Shown here piece by piece: positions 1 through 9,933 of a stretch of 64,000 bases of DNA; the first letter of the stretch is position 1, and each line of letters opens with the position of its first letter. Location: NCBI GenBank assembly GCA_036149055.1, contig JAYZQJ010000088.1, positions 1 through 64,000 of the forward strand, given 5' to 3'. The notes beneath the pieces were generated by a model. That model ran no database searches. It had not been told where the DNA came from and was given only the letters and a program-made list of their open reading frames with translations. The position numbers and the translations under genes are program-made. The stretch comes from Myxococcota bacterium (lineage in GTDB: Bacteria > Myxococcota_A > Polyangia > Polyangiales > Sandaracinaceae).

Positions 1-236
1 CTCGCGCTGCGCGCTCGCTGGCCGCCCGCTGCCGCGGGATCGAACGACTCGAGTGGCGCGTGCGGCGACCTCGCTGCCCGCTGCCGCGGTGTGAACGGAG
101 GCGGATGGCGCGTTTCGCGCAGAGGGCGGACGGCTACGAACGCCAGTCGATGCGGAAGGCATGACGGTGGTGCGTAGTGCGCACGCTCGAGCGCGTGGGC
201 GAGAGCAGTCCGACTTCGTTACCCGGTTTCGCGGGA

Positions 237-944
237 TCAGGCGGGGGCGGTCAGGCGGGCGAAGTTCTGGAGGATGCGGACGCCGTGGGGGGAGGGGGCG
301 ACGCGCGCGAGGAGGGCTTCGGGGTCGAGGCCTTCTTCGCGCAGGATCTCGCGGCGGGCCTCGAGGTAGGCGCGGATGACCTCGTGGTCCCACTCGGGGT
401 GGAACTGGACGCCCCAGACGCGGTCGCCGATGCGGTAGGCCTGGTGGGGATCCATGTCGTTGCGGCCGAGCGCGACCGCGCCGTCCGGCAGGCCGAGCAC
501 CTGCTGGCGGTGCGACGAGCTGACCCGGAGCGTCTCGGGCAGGCCCTCGAAGAGCGGATCGGCCCGACCGACGTCGGTGAGCGCGACGTCGATGGCGCCG
601 ATCTCGCGGCCGCGGCGGTTGGGGCCCACCTCTCCGCCCAGCGCGTCGGCGAGGAGCTGGTGGCCGTAACAGATGCAGAGCATCGGCACGTCCGCCTCGA
701 GCGCCTTCACGAGCCACTCGCCCGTGCGCTCGCTCCAGTCGAGCCGGTCGGTCACCAGCGCGCTCGACCCGGTCACGACGACGCCGCGGAGCGAGCCCGG
801 ATCGGGCAGGGGCTCCCCCGCTTCGACCGCGACGGTCTCGACGTCCGGCAGCCCGAGGCCGGCCTCGATCCAGTCCTCGTAGTCGCCGCGCTCGGCCGCG
901 AGGTGGGGCATGGTCGAGCCGGTCTTCACGATGAGCAGCGTCAT
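237..944 (-). CDS. Class I glutamine amidotransferase (GMP-synthase-like GATase)
   Basis: Motifs VVVTGS, CICYGHQL (catalytic Cys) and GVQFHPE (His-Glu); 235 aa. Confidence 0.9.
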   Translation of the reverse strand: MTLLIVKTGSTMPHLAAERGDYEDWIEAGLGLPDVETVAVEAGEPLPDPGSLRGVVVTGSSALVTDRLDWSERTGEWLVKALEADVPMLCICYGHQLLADALGGEVGPNRRGREIGAIDVALTDVGRADPLFEGLPETLRVSSSHRQQVLGLPDGAVALGRNDMDPHQAYRIGDRVWGVQFHPEWDHEVIRAYLEARREILREEGLDPEALLARVAPSPHGVRILQNFARLTAPA

Positions 945-1027
945 GCGCGCATCGTGGGGCCGGCGCGCAGCGGCGTAAAGGCGGCCGGACGTTGACGATT
1001 CGGGCGCGAACAGACAGAACGAGGGGC

Positions 1028-1318
1028 GTGACCGCCCCCGCCGCCGCGGCGTGCCAGAACCATCCGGAGCGCGAAGCGATCGGGATCTGCGTCGAGTGCC
1101 GCGCGCGCATCTGCAGCGAGTGCGTCACGAAGGTGGACGGCATCAACTACTGCGTCGCCTGCTACGCCGCCCTCGCCGAGCGCGGGGCCCGCCGCCGCGC
1201 CTCCGAGGGGCGAGCCAGCTCGACCTGGGTCGCGGCGCTGGCCGCCCTCGGGCTCCTGCTGGTGACCACGCTGCTGACCTGGGGGCTCCTCGAGGCGGCG
1301 CTGCCGGGGGGCTCGTGA
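1028..1318 (+). CDS. B-box zinc-finger membrane protein
   Basis: CQNHPEREAIGICVECRARICSEC...YCVAC plus one C-terminal TM helix; GTG at 1028; stop overlaps next start (GTGA). Confidence 0.8.
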   Translation: MTAPAAAACQNHPEREAIGICVECRARICSECVTKVDGINYCVACYAALAERGARRRASEGRASSTWVAALAALGLLLVTTLLTWGLLEAALPGGS

Positions 1319-2991
1319 GCGTCCGGGAGCTCGGCCGCGTGGGTCCGGTGGGCGCCCTCGACCGGGCGATCGCGCAGGTGAGGGAGGGCGGCTTCGAGCG
1401 CGGCGGCAGCGCGCTCCTCGGCGGCGGCGCGCTCGCGGCCATGCTCCTCGGCATCTACTACGTGGAGCGCATCGAGGGCGTGCACGGGGTGCGCCCGCTG
1501 CTCGCGCTCGGCCTGGTGCTCGCCTGGTGGGTGCGCGCGTGGCTCGTCGGCCGCTCCAGCCGCGCGTACGTGCGCGCCACCTGGGACGCGCCGCTGCCCG
1601 AGGACGCCGGGCGTCCCGTGGACGTGCTCCGGACCGCGCTCGTGCTGGGGCTGGGGCTCTGGCTCTGGAGCTGGCTGCTCGTGGCCGGCAGCCTGCTCGG
1701 CCCGTTCGGGGTGCTGGTCTTCGTGCCCTTCTTCGCGCTGCGGGGCGCGGTGGCGCCGTCCTGGATCGCGCGGGCGGCCTGCGAGCGACAGGGCGGCTTC
1801 CGTGCGTTCTTCGCGGCCTTCGGTGACTCCGGCTCGCGGCGGGCCGCGGGGGTGGCCGTCGAGGGCCTGGTGCTCGCAGGCGCGGTCGGCCTGTTCACGA
1901 ACCTGTTCATGGTGACCGGGGTGCTCGTGCTGCTCCTCCGGAGCTTCCTCGGCTTCGAGGTCGCGACGGTCGAGACGTTCCTGTCGGCGGGGAACACCTT
2001 CGTGGTGCTCTGCGTCGCGGCGGTCGCGCTCGTGCTGCTCGAGCCCCTCCGGGCCGCGCTCAGCGCCTCGGCCTGGGTGGACGCGCGGGTGCGCGCGGAG
2101 GGCCTGGATCTCCGGGCCGCGATCGACGCCGCGCGGGCCCACGTCAGCCGGGGCCGGAGGGAGCGCGCCGCGGCCGCCGCCGCCGCCGCCGTGGCGCTGC
2201 TCGCGTCGCTGCTCCCCTCGGGGGTGGCGTGGGCGCAGGACGACTTTCCTCCGCCGCCCGAGATGAGCGAGCTGCCCGCGCCGGCGCGACCCGACGCTCC
2301 GGTCGCGGGCGCGGCCGAGCCGCCGGCGCCGATCACGGTGTCCCTCGAGGACCGGGACGTCGCGGTGCGGGAGGACGTGGACGCGATCCTCGCGCAGGAC
2401 GAGTTCCGCGAGTTCGAGGACCACCGCGGGGAGGGGGTGGCGGATCTGCTCGAGCGCGTCTTCGAGTGGCTGTTCCGCGATCGCGACGTCGACGTGCAGC
2501 CGCCGCCGTCGGGGCTGCCGGACCTCCCGCTCCCCGGCCCGACCTTCTTCATCGTCGTGGCGGTGGCGCTCCTGCTCGTCGTGCTCGCCTATCTGTTCGC
2601 GACCCGGCGGCGCGGCGACGAGGCGGCGGCGGAGGCCGAGCGCGCGGCGGTCACGCGCGAAGACATCCGCGAGCGCCCGCCGGCGTCGTTCCTCGACGAG
2701 GCGGCCGCGCTGGCCGCGGCGGGGGAGCTCCGCGCCGCGCTCCGGGCGCTCTACCTGGCGACCCTCGTCTCGCTGGATCGGCGGCGCCTGATCGCGTTCG
2801 ACCCGCACCTGACCAACTGGCAGTACCTCCGCCAGATGCCGCGCGGCGAGCTCCGCACCGCGTTCCGCGAGTTCACCCGGCTGTTCGATCACAAGTGGTA
2901 CGGGCACGAGCCCACCACCGCCGACGACTACGCGCGGTGCCGCACGCTGGCCACGGAGATCGTGGAGCGAGCGACGGAGCGGGCGGCGTGA
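1315..2991 (+). CDS. Multi-pass membrane protein with C-terminal DUF4129 domain
   Basis: Several hydrophobic helices, RVRAEGLDL motif, C-terminal ALRALYLATL...TNWQYL...FDHKWYG typical of DUF4129; GTG start overlaps upstream stop. Confidence 0.8.
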   Translation: MSVRELGRVGPVGALDRAIAQVREGGFERGGSALLGGGALAAMLLGIYYVERIEGVHGVRPLLALGLVLAWWVRAWLVGRSSRAYVRATWDAPLPEDAGRPVDVLRTALVLGLGLWLWSWLLVAGSLLGPFGVLVFVPFFALRGAVAPSWIARAACERQGGFRAFFAAFGDSGSRRAAGVAVEGLVLAGAVGLFTNLFMVTGVLVLLLRSFLGFEVATVETFLSAGNTFVVLCVAAVALVLLEPLRAALSASAWVDARVRAEGLDLRAAIDAARAHVSRGRRERAAAAAAAAVALLASLLPSGVAWAQDDFPPPPEMSELPAPARPDAPVAGAAEPPAPITVSLEDRDVAVREDVDAILAQDEFREFEDHRGEGVADLLERVFEWLFRDRDVDVQPPPSGLPDLPLPGPTFFIVVAVALLLVVLAYLFATRRRGDEAAAEAERAAVTREDIRERPPASFLDEAAALAAAGELRAALRALYLATLVSLDRRRLIAFDPHLTNWQYLRQMPRGELRTAFREFTRLFDHKWYGHEPTTADDYARCRTLATEIVERATERAA

Positions 2992-4289
2992 AGACGATCG
3001 CTCGCCGCGCCCTGATCGGGGCGCTCGTCGTGCTCGGCCTCGGGGTGTCGGGGATCATGTGTCAGCGGGTCGGCGCCCGAGGGCGATACGTCGCCGCGTA
3101 CAGCACCTACGGCTCCGGACCCGAGGGCACCCGGGGGCTCTTCCTCCTGGCCGAGCGCGTGGGGGCGAGGCCGCAGCGCTGGGCCGAGGACCTCGGTCGC
3201 CTCCCCGAGGGCGGCGGCGTGCTCGTGGCGCTCGGCGCGTGCGAGACCTGGCTGCGCCGGCCGCTCTCGCGCCTCGAGCGCGAGAACCTGAAGGCCTGGG
3301 TGGAGTCGGGCGGGGTGCTCCTCGTCGCCGGCGCGCCCGGCTACGTGCAGCGCTCCGACTTCGGCGTCTCCATCGACGGCGACTGCGGCGAGCCCACCGG
3401 CCTGATCCGGATGCTGGAGGACCGCGAGCAGGGGCCGCGCAAGGAGACCGAGGAGGACGACACGCAGCTCGAGGATCTCCCGGGCATGTTGCGGGAGGAG
3501 CCCGAGCGGGCGTGGGACGAGGTCGCGGACGACGGCGACATCCCGATGGCGCACGGCGCGTGGCCGGTCGGCGAGCCGGTGGTCGGGCTGCCGTGGGTCG
3601 GTCTCCGGCAGCCGCGGCGCGTGCGGGTGGACGAGAGCCGCTCGCATCACACCCTCCTGCGCCTCGACGGCCCCGAGGGGCGGCCGGTCGGCGTCCGGGT
3701 CGACGTGGGGGAGGGCGCGGTCGTGGCGCTCGGCTCGGCGAGCATGTTCCAGAACCGCGATCTCTCGAGCCAGAGCGGCGGGCTCCTGTTCGCCCGGCTC
3801 CTCCGCGAGCTCGCGCCGCGCGGCCCGGTGCTCTTCGACGAGTACCACCTCGGCATCGGTGAGCAGCGCGGCATGATGCGCTACCTGCGGCAGGTCGGGC
3901 TCGGCGCCCTCGTGGTGCAGGTCCTCTTGCTCATTCTCTTCCTGGTGTGGCGGCACGGGGCGCGCTTCGGAGGGACGCGCGCGCCGGCGCCCCCGGAGCC
4001 GGCCGGCACCGCGAGCTACGTCGAGGGCGTGGGCACGCTCTACGCGAAGGCGAAGGATCCGGGCGGCGCGATGGGCATCCTGGCCCGGCGCGCCTTCGAG
4101 CGCATCGCGGCCCATCACCACCTCGACGCCAAGGACGGGGCGCGCCTCGCGGAGGCGCTCGAGGCGCGGCACCGCGCGGACGCGGCGGATGCGGTCAGGG
4201 CCATCGACGCGCTCGCGTCCGACGGCAGCGGCAGCCTCGCGAAGCTCGCCGAGCGGCTCGACGCGGAGCTCGCCAAGGCGATCGCGTAG
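2988..4289 (+). CDS. DUF4350 domain-containing membrane protein
   Basis: N-terminal [36 protein letters not shown] and [12 protein letters not shown] motifs; lies upstream of MoxR. Confidence 0.8.
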   Translation: MKTIARRALIGALVVLGLGVSGIMCQRVGARGRYVAAYSTYGSGPEGTRGLFLLAERVGARPQRWAEDLGRLPEGGGVLVALGACETWLRRPLSRLERENLKAWVESGGVLLVAGAPGYVQRSDFGVSIDGDCGEPTGLIRMLEDREQGPRKETEEDDTQLEDLPGMLREEPERAWDEVADDGDIPMAHGAWPVGEPVVGLPWVGLRQPRRVRVDESRSHHTLLRLDGPEGRPVGVRVDVGEGAVVALGSASMFQNRDLSSQSGGLLFARLLRELAPRGPVLFDEYHLGIGEQRGMMRYLRQVGLGALVVQVLLLILFLVWRHGARFGGTRAPAPPEPAGTASYVEGVGTLYAKAKDPGGAMGILARRAFERIAAHHHLDAKDGARLAEALEARHRADAADAVRAIDALASDGSGSLAKLAERLDAELAKAIA

Positions 4290-4327
4290 ACAACCCGCCC
4301 CGGTCTCTGTAGAACCGGCCCGCATCC

Positions 4328-5287
4328 ATGGAGCAGATTCAGGAGCTCAGGACCCTGCGCGACGCCCTCTTCGGCGAGGTGGGGAAGGTGATCGTCGGCC
4401 AGGAGGAGACGATCGAGACGATGCTCGTGGCGCTGCTCGCGCAGGGCCACGTGCTGCTCGAGGGCGTCCCCGGGACCGCCAAGACGCTGATGGTCCGGAC
4501 GATGGCCGCCGCGCTGGACCTCGGGTTTGGCCGCGTGCAGTTCACGCCGGACCTCATGCCGAGCGACATCCTCGGCACCAACGTCTTCGACTTCAAGCAG
4601 GGCAGCTTCCGGCTCACCAAGGGGCCGATCTTCACTGAGCTGCTCCTCGCCGACGAGATCAACCGCGCGCCCGCCAAGACGCAGAGCGCGCTGCTCGAGG
4701 CGATGCAGGAGCGGCAGGTCTCGATCGACGGTCAGCGCCACCCGCTGAGCGAGGACTTCACCGTCTTCGCCACCCAGAACCCGGTGGAGCAGGAGGGGAC
4801 CTATCCGCTCCCCGAGGCGCAGCTCGATCGCTTCCTGGTCAAGATCCAGGTCGGGTACCCGACGGTCGAGGAGGAGGACCGGATCCTCGCCCAGGCCAGC
4901 GTCGGCGTCGGCTCGGTCGACGTGGGGCAGGCGGGCATCGCGCCCGTCGCGGATCGCGAGAGGCTGCGCCGCATCCGGGCCCTCGCGCGCGACGTGACGG
5001 TGGAGGACGGCGTGCGACGCTACATCCTCTCGCTCATGCGCGCGACGCGCGAGACGCCGATGATCCTCCTGGGCGCCGGACCGCGCGCGGGCGTGCATCT
5101 GATGGTCGCGTCGCGCTGGTTCGCGGCGCTCGACGGTCGCGTGTTCGTCACCCCGGACGACGTGCAGCGCGCGCTCCACCCCGTCATCTGCCACCGGCTC
5201 GTGCTCGCGCCGGAGGTGGAGCTCGACGGGCTCGGGCCCGAAGAGGTCATCGACCGCGTCTCGACCACCGTCGAGGTCCCCCGGTGA
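4328..5287 (+). CDS. moxR: MoxR family AAA+ ATPase
   Basis: [71 protein letters not shown]. Confidence 0.97.
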   Translation: MEQIQELRTLRDALFGEVGKVIVGQEETIETMLVALLAQGHVLLEGVPGTAKTLMVRTMAAALDLGFGRVQFTPDLMPSDILGTNVFDFKQGSFRLTKGPIFTELLLADEINRAPAKTQSALLEAMQERQVSIDGQRHPLSEDFTVFATQNPVEQEGTYPLPEAQLDRFLVKIQVGYPTVEEEDRILAQASVGVGSVDVGQAGIAPVADRERLRRIRALARDVTVEDGVRRYILSLMRATRETPMILLGAGPRAGVHLMVASRWFAALDGRVFVTPDDVQRALHPVICHRLVLAPEVELDGLGPEEVIDRVSTTVEVPR

Positions 5288-6612
5288 CCGACCGCCGGGC
5301 CAAGATCGTGCCCGGCGCGCGTCTCGTCCCGTTCGCCCTCGGAGGCCTCCCGCTCGCGGCCGCGGACATGGGGACCGGGCTCGGGCTCGGGGCCGCCGTC
5401 GCCTACGACGCGGTGCTGCTCGGCCTCGCCGCGGTGGAGGCGCGCGGGCTCGCCCGCGACTGTCCCGCGGCCGAGCGACGCATGGACGCCCGGCTGGTCG
5501 TCGGCGTGGAGAACACCATCCAGGTGCGACTCCACAACCCGACGAAGCGGACGCTGAAGGTCACCGTGCGCGACGATCTCCCGCCCGGCTGGGAGGCGAC
5601 GCCGGACGAGCTGACGGTGGAGCTGCCGCCCTTCGCGCGCCGGGAGGTGAGCTACGTCGTGGTCCCGCCGAAGCGAGGGCGCTTCACGTTCGGGCGGCTG
5701 CACCTGAAGGTCGAGGGGCGGGCGAAGCTCGGCGCCTCGATCGTCAGCCTCGACGCGGAGGCGGAGGCGCGGGTGTTCCCGAACGTGCTCGGTCCGCGGC
5801 GCTACGAGCTCGCGGCGCGGCTCGGTGACCTCGCGAGCGTCGGGTTCCGGAGCATCCGCGCGAGCGGCGGCGGCGGTGAGTTCGAGCAGCTGCGCGAGTA
5901 CGTCAGCGGCGACGCGTACCGGGACCTCGACTGGAAGTCGACGGCCAAGCGGCAGCGGCCCGTGACCCGCGTGTTCGAGCAGGAGCGGTCGCAGACCGTG
6001 CTGATCGCGCTCGACGCGGGGCGGATGATGGCGACGAAGCTCGGCGCGATCTCCAAGCTGGATCACGCGATCAACGCGGCGCTCCTTCTCAGCTGGGTGG
6101 CGCTGCGCAAAGGGGACCGGGTCGGGCTGGTGGTCTTCGGCGACCACGTGCACCAGTTCGTCCAGCCGGGGCGCGGCCCCGGGCAGTACCGCAAGCTCCT
6201 CGACGCCCTCTACGCGACCGAAGCGGAGGAGACCTTCGTGGACTTCCGGCGGCTCGTGGAGTTCGTGCAGGTGCGGGCGCGGAAGCGGGCGCTGCTGGTG
6301 ATGTTCTCGGACCTGCTCGACGAGGCGCACGCGATGCCGCTCGCCGAGCACGCGGCGCTCCTCCGGCGGAAGCACCTCCCGGTCTGCGTGACCATGCACG
6401 ACCCGGTCGCGGAGTCGCTCGCGGACGCGCCGGTCGAGGACGCCCGCGGGGCCTATCACCGGGCGGCGGCGGCGGACCTGCTACAGGAGCGCGAGGCGGT
6501 GAAGGCGCACCTGCGCAAGAGCGGCGTGTCGCTCGTGGAGGCGCCGCCGGGGGAGCTCGCGGTGGCCACGGTGAACCGCTACCTCGAGATCAAGGCGCGT
6601 CGGGCGCTATAG
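5284..6612 (+). CDS. DUF58 (vWA-like) MoxR partner protein
   Basis: [41 protein letters not shown]; directly follows moxR. Confidence 0.93.
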   Translation: MTDRRAKIVPGARLVPFALGGLPLAAADMGTGLGLGAAVAYDAVLLGLAAVEARGLARDCPAAERRMDARLVVGVENTIQVRLHNPTKRTLKVTVRDDLPPGWEATPDELTVELPPFARREVSYVVVPPKRGRFTFGRLHLKVEGRAKLGASIVSLDAEAEARVFPNVLGPRRYELAARLGDLASVGFRSIRASGGGGEFEQLREYVSGDAYRDLDWKSTAKRQRPVTRVFEQERSQTVLIALDAGRMMATKLGAISKLDHAINAALLLSWVALRKGDRVGLVVFGDHVHQFVQPGRGPGQYRKLLDALYATEAEETFVDFRRLVEFVQVRARKRALLVMFSDLLDEAHAMPLAEHAALLRRKHLPVCVTMHDPVAESLADAPVEDARGAYHRAAAADLLQEREAVKAHLRKSGVSLVEAPPGELAVATVNRYLEIKARRAL

Positions 6613-6618
6613 AGAAGC

Positions 6619-7026
6619 GTGCGCTTCGTTCTCGCGATGCTGCTGGCGGGCTGCGCCTCGGCGCCCGAGCCCGTGGCCGTCGACGTCGGCGGGGCGATCG
6701 CGCGCTGGGGTGCGGTCGAGCCGGAGGCGACGTCGAGCCGCGTGGTGGCGAGGGAGGCGAGCACCCGCAGGACGCGGCCGTCGGCGCGGCGCTGGACGGG
6801 CGGCCCGCGCATCGACCTCGAGCTCCACCGGGCGCCGCTCGCGGAGGCGCTGCGCTTCGTCGCCGAGCAGGCGGGCTACGGGATCGTGGTCGGCGAGGGC
6901 CTCGAGCGGCCGATCACCGTGTCGCTCCGTCGCGTGCCTGCGCTCGAGGCGCTCGCGCTGATCGCGGCCGCGCACCGGGTCGAGCTCGAGCGCGTCGGCC
7001 GCAACATCGTCGCGCGCCCTTTGTAG
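6619..7026 (+). CDS. Small lipoprotein with stand-alone secretin N0/STN-like domain
   Basis: Lipobox LLAGC; IDLELHRAPLAEALRFVAEQAGYGIVV...ITVSLRRVPALEAL resembles PilQ/GspD N-terminal domain. Confidence 0.65.
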   Translation: MRFVLAMLLAGCASAPEPVAVDVGGAIARWGAVEPEATSSRVVAREASTRRTRPSARRWTGGPRIDLELHRAPLAEALRFVAEQAGYGIVVGEGLERPITVSLRRVPALEALALIAAAHRVELERVGRNIVARPL

Positions 7027-7055
7027 AGCGCTGACGCGGGCGTACCTTCGCGCTC

Positions 7056-7346
7056 ATGAGCGACCCTCTGAGCCAAGACGCGATCGAGAGTGCCCTCTCC
7101 AGCCTGCCCGGGTGGCGGCACGAGGACGACGCGCTGCACAAGACCTTCGAGTTCGGCGCCTTCCCCGAGGCGATCTCCTTCATCACGCGCATCGCCTTCG
7201 AGGCCGAGCAGCGCGGGCACCACCCGGAGATCCGCAACGTCTACAGCACCGTCGAGATCGCCCTGAAGACCCACGACGCCGGCGACGTGGTCACCGACAA
7301 GGACACCGACCTGGCGCAGGTGATCGAGAAGATCTCCTGGATCTAG
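7056..7346 (+). CDS. Pterin-4-alpha-carbinolamine dehydratase (PhhB family)
   Basis: LPGW...KTFEFGAF...AEQRGHHPEI...THDAGDVVTDKD; 96 aa. Confidence 0.93.
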   Translation: MSDPLSQDAIESALSSLPGWRHEDDALHKTFEFGAFPEAISFITRIAFEAEQRGHHPEIRNVYSTVEIALKTHDAGDVVTDKDTDLAQVIEKISWI

Positions 7347-7363
7347 TCCCCGAACCCGGAGGA

Positions 7364-7677
7364 GGGGACGGAGTTTCCTTGTTGCCCAGCCGACTGAGCC
7401 TCGGCCCGCGTATCACTGATTCGGGCTACGGGGACGGAGTTTCCTTGTTGCCCAGCCAGCGGAGTCAGGGCCCGATCGAAGGCTCAGACTCGACGAGTCG
7501 GTTCTGTGGCTGCCTCCCACCGCAGATACACCGGTTGTCCTTTGCTGCCAGGTCTCTCCGCGACGTGCGTGCGGCGCAAAGCTCTCTAGGCAACAAGGAA
7601 ACTCCGTCCCAGAGTCCGCATTTCGGGGCGGGCGGCCGGGCGAAGGTTCCTCTCGGCAACAAGGAAACTCCGTCCCC
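7364..7677. repeat. Four-copy REP/MITE-like element: two direct copies then two inverted copies of GGGACGGAGTTTCCTTGTTGCC
   Basis: Copies at 7364-7391 and 7430-7457 (identical 28-mer GGGGACGGAGTTTCCTTGTTGCCCAGCC); reverse-complement copies at 7589-7610 and 7655-7677; lies between convergent genes. Confidence 0.9.
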
Positions 7678-7683
7678 AGGTCC

Positions 7684-8244
7684 CTATTCGGGGTGGATGG
7701 AGTCGACGAGGCGGCGGAAGGCGGGCTCGGCGAGCTCGACGGCGTCTTCGGGGCCGATGAGCTTGAAGAAGACGAGGCCGCGCTCGCCGGTGACGATCGC
7801 GCCGAGCATTCGCCAGCCTTCTTCTCGGGCGGGGCGGCTGGCGTCGCCGATGCGGCCGATGAAGGTGCCGCGGACGTCGAGGGTGGCCACCGGGAGGTCG
7901 TTGACCTCGCGCTCGGTGATCTCGGGGTCGCCGCCCTCGAACTGACCCGACCAGCGATCGAGGTTCGCGCGCACGTCTCCTCCGCCGCCGACGCTCGGGG
8001 GGAAGTGGCTGACGGTGAGCAAGGCGGCCGGGTGGTCCCGGACCTCGTACTCCGCCGCGCGCAGCTCGTGCCGGGGCCGGCGGTAGACCAGGGGCTCCTC
8101 GGCCGTCCAGCCGACGCCGCCGACGATCGGGCGGAACTCGGGCTGGGTCGACGGCGCGCTCCGCGGCTCGGTCGACCGCGTCGGCTCGTCCTCTCCACAG
8201 CCCAGCAGCGCGAGGGCCGCGCACGCCAGCCACCAGCGCCTCAC
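7684..8244 (-). CDS. Conserved hypothetical lipoprotein
   Basis: GTG at 8244 overlapping pfkA stop; lipobox LLGC; LRAAEY...GGGGDVRANLDRWSGQF...FFKLIGP pattern. Confidence 0.7.
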   Translation of the reverse strand: MRRWWLACAALALLGCGEDEPTRSTEPRSAPSTQPEFRPIVGGVGWTAEEPLVYRRPRHELRAAEYEVRDHPAALLTVSHFPPSVGGGGDVRANLDRWSGQFEGGDPEITEREVNDLPVATLDVRGTFIGRIGDASRPAREEGWRMLGAIVTGERGLVFFKLIGPEDAVELAEPAFRRLVDSIHPE

Positions 8245-9323
8245 AGGGCGAGCACTCCGGCGGCCTTCTCCATCAGCGCGACCCGCGCCTTGGTCACCGG
8301 GCTCGAGCCGTCGAGCATCGCCCGCGTCTCCTCGAGCACCTGCGTGAGCCCGAAGAGCTGCACGCCGTGGTCGACGGTCTTCTGTCCGCCGGGGAGCGGT
8401 GACTGCCACGCGGTCATCACGTCCGACTTCCCGTCCAGCAGCGCGTTGACCGCCGCGTGCCCGAAGCGGTTGGCCACCATGCGGTCGGCGAAGCTCGGGC
8501 TGCCTCCCCGCACCAGGTGCCCGAGCACCGTGGCCCGGATCGAGACGTCGCCGAGCGCGTCCCCGCAGGCCTCGGTCGCGAGGCGCACCAGCTTGGTGCA
8601 GGGGAACTCGACGCCCTCCGCCTTGAGGATCAGCACCCGCTGCTTGTCCCGGTCGTCGGCGAAGCTCTTCAGGATGAGCTCGGCCACGTCCCGGACCAGC
8701 TCCTCCTCGCTCCGCCCCTGCTCCCGGAACAGCGCCGCGTCCGCTCCCGCCGCGACCGCGCCCGCCATGCAGAGGTAGCCGCTCTGCCGGCCCATCACCT
8801 CCACCACGAAGGCCCGGCGGTGGGCGCGCGCGGTGTCGCTGATCCGGTCGCACGCCTCGACGATCGTGTTGAGCGCGCTGTCCACGCCGATGGCGGTGTT
8901 GGAGCAGCCGACGTCGTTGTCGATCGACGCGGGGATGCCGACCACCCGGCAGCCGTGCTCCTCGGCCAGCGCGTGCGCGCCAGTGAGCGACCCGTTGCCG
9001 CCGATGACCACGAGCCCGTCGAGGTGATCGTTCACCGTCTGCGCGGCCTGCGCGCGCCCGGCCTCTTCGTAGAACGCCTTGCAGCGCGCGGTCCCGAGGA
9101 AGCTGCCGCCGAGGCTCGCGCTCGTCTCGACCTCCTGGGTCGGCGTCAGCCCGCTCGGCGTCTCCCGGGTGAGGTCGCGGAAGCGGTGATCGAGCAGGCC
9201 CTGGTAGCCCCGCTCGACCCCGACCACGTGCACCCCGCGCCCCGCCGCCACCTTCACGACGGCGCGGACCGCGGCGTTCATGCCGGGGGCGTCACCCCCC
9301 GAGGTGAGCACCCCCAGCGGCAC
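8241..9323 (-). CDS. pfkA: ATP-dependent 6-phosphofructokinase
   Basis: GVLTSGGDAPGMNAAVRAV, LGTARC, IGGNGS, PASIDND, VEVMGR, LGHLVRGG. Confidence 0.95.
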   Translation of the reverse strand: MPLGVLTSGGDAPGMNAAVRAVVKVAAGRGVHVVGVERGYQGLLDHRFRDLTRETPSGLTPTQEVETSASLGGSFLGTARCKAFYEEAGRAQAAQTVNDHLDGLVVIGGNGSLTGAHALAEEHGCRVVGIPASIDNDVGCSNTAIGVDSALNTIVEACDRISDTARAHRRAFVVEVMGRQSGYLCMAGAVAAGADAALFREQGRSEEELVRDVAELILKSFADDRDKQRVLILKAEGVEFPCTKLVRLATEACGDALGDVSIRATVLGHLVRGGSPSFADRMVANRFGHAAVNALLDGKSDVMTAWQSPLPGGQKTVDHGVQLFGLTQVLEETRAMLDGSSPVTKARVALMEKAAGVLAL

Positions 9324-9324
9324 G

Positions 9325-9858
9325 TCACTCCTCCTCGTCCGACTCGGGCGCCTCGGCCTCGGGCAGCTCCGGCGGCTCGTCGATCTCGTCGAGGAAGCGA
9401 CGCAACAGGCCGTCGACCATGAGCTTGCGCTCGTCGTCGTCGATCGCGCCGTCGACGTACTTGGTGCGCACCTGCTGGTGCTTGATCCGGTACTGCCCGA
9501 GGATCGACTCGTAGCGCGCCTTCTGCGCCCAGATCTTGCGGTGGTTCCGCGCGTAGAGCGCGCCCAGCGAGGCGATCGAGGCGCCGGTCAGGACGATGCC
9601 GATCGGGCCGCCGAGGAAGACGCGCAGGAGCACGACCACCGCCGCCGCGCCGGCCGCGCCGGTGAGCAGCTTCTTGCCGGTCCCCGGAGCGCGGACCTCG
9701 CCCCAGGCCACCTCCCACGCCTCGCGGGAGGCGAGCAGGAGCGCGATGAAGTTCGCCCGGTCGCCTCCCTTCTCCCAGTACGTCTTGATCGCCGCCTTCA
9801 GAAAGCCGTCGTACGAGTCGTACGCGGCCGCCTTCGGGTCCGCTGCCTCTTCGGTCAT
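9325..9858 (-). CDS. Hypothetical membrane protein upstream of pfkA
   Basis: ATG at 9858 (MTEEAADPK); two hydrophobic segments; stop 1 nt from pfkA start. Confidence 0.7.
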   Translation of the reverse strand: MTEEAADPKAAAYDSYDGFLKAAIKTYWEKGGDRANFIALLLASREAWEVAWGEVRAPGTGKKLLTGAAGAAAVVVLLRVFLGGPIGIVLTGASIASLGALYARNHRKIWAQKARYESILGQYRIKHQQVRTKYVDGAIDDDERKLMVDGLLRRFLDEIDEPPELPEAEAPESDEEE

Positions 9859-9933
9859 GGTCTGCACGGTACTCGAAGAACCGGCCCCGTCCCACACCTG
9901 TTCCACCCGCGGTCGGGCGTTAGACTTCCGGCG

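Noticed and set aside
14..113. Imperfect direct repeat (GCCCGCTGCCGCGG at 24-37 and 76-89, each followed by GAACG...TGGCGCGT)
   Set aside because: Two degenerate GC-rich copies cut by the window edge; cannot be interpreted without upstream sequence.
7364..7457. Mini CRISPR array (28-nt repeat, 38-nt spacer)
   Set aside because: Only two direct copies; the other two are inverted. The repeat is not palindromic, and there is no AT-rich leader or cas gene in the window. A REP/MITE-like element fits better.
8241..9323. PfkA has GGNGS rather than GGDGS
   Set aside because: All other motifs are intact and the variant occurs in other bacterial Pfks, so it is not evidence of a new activity.
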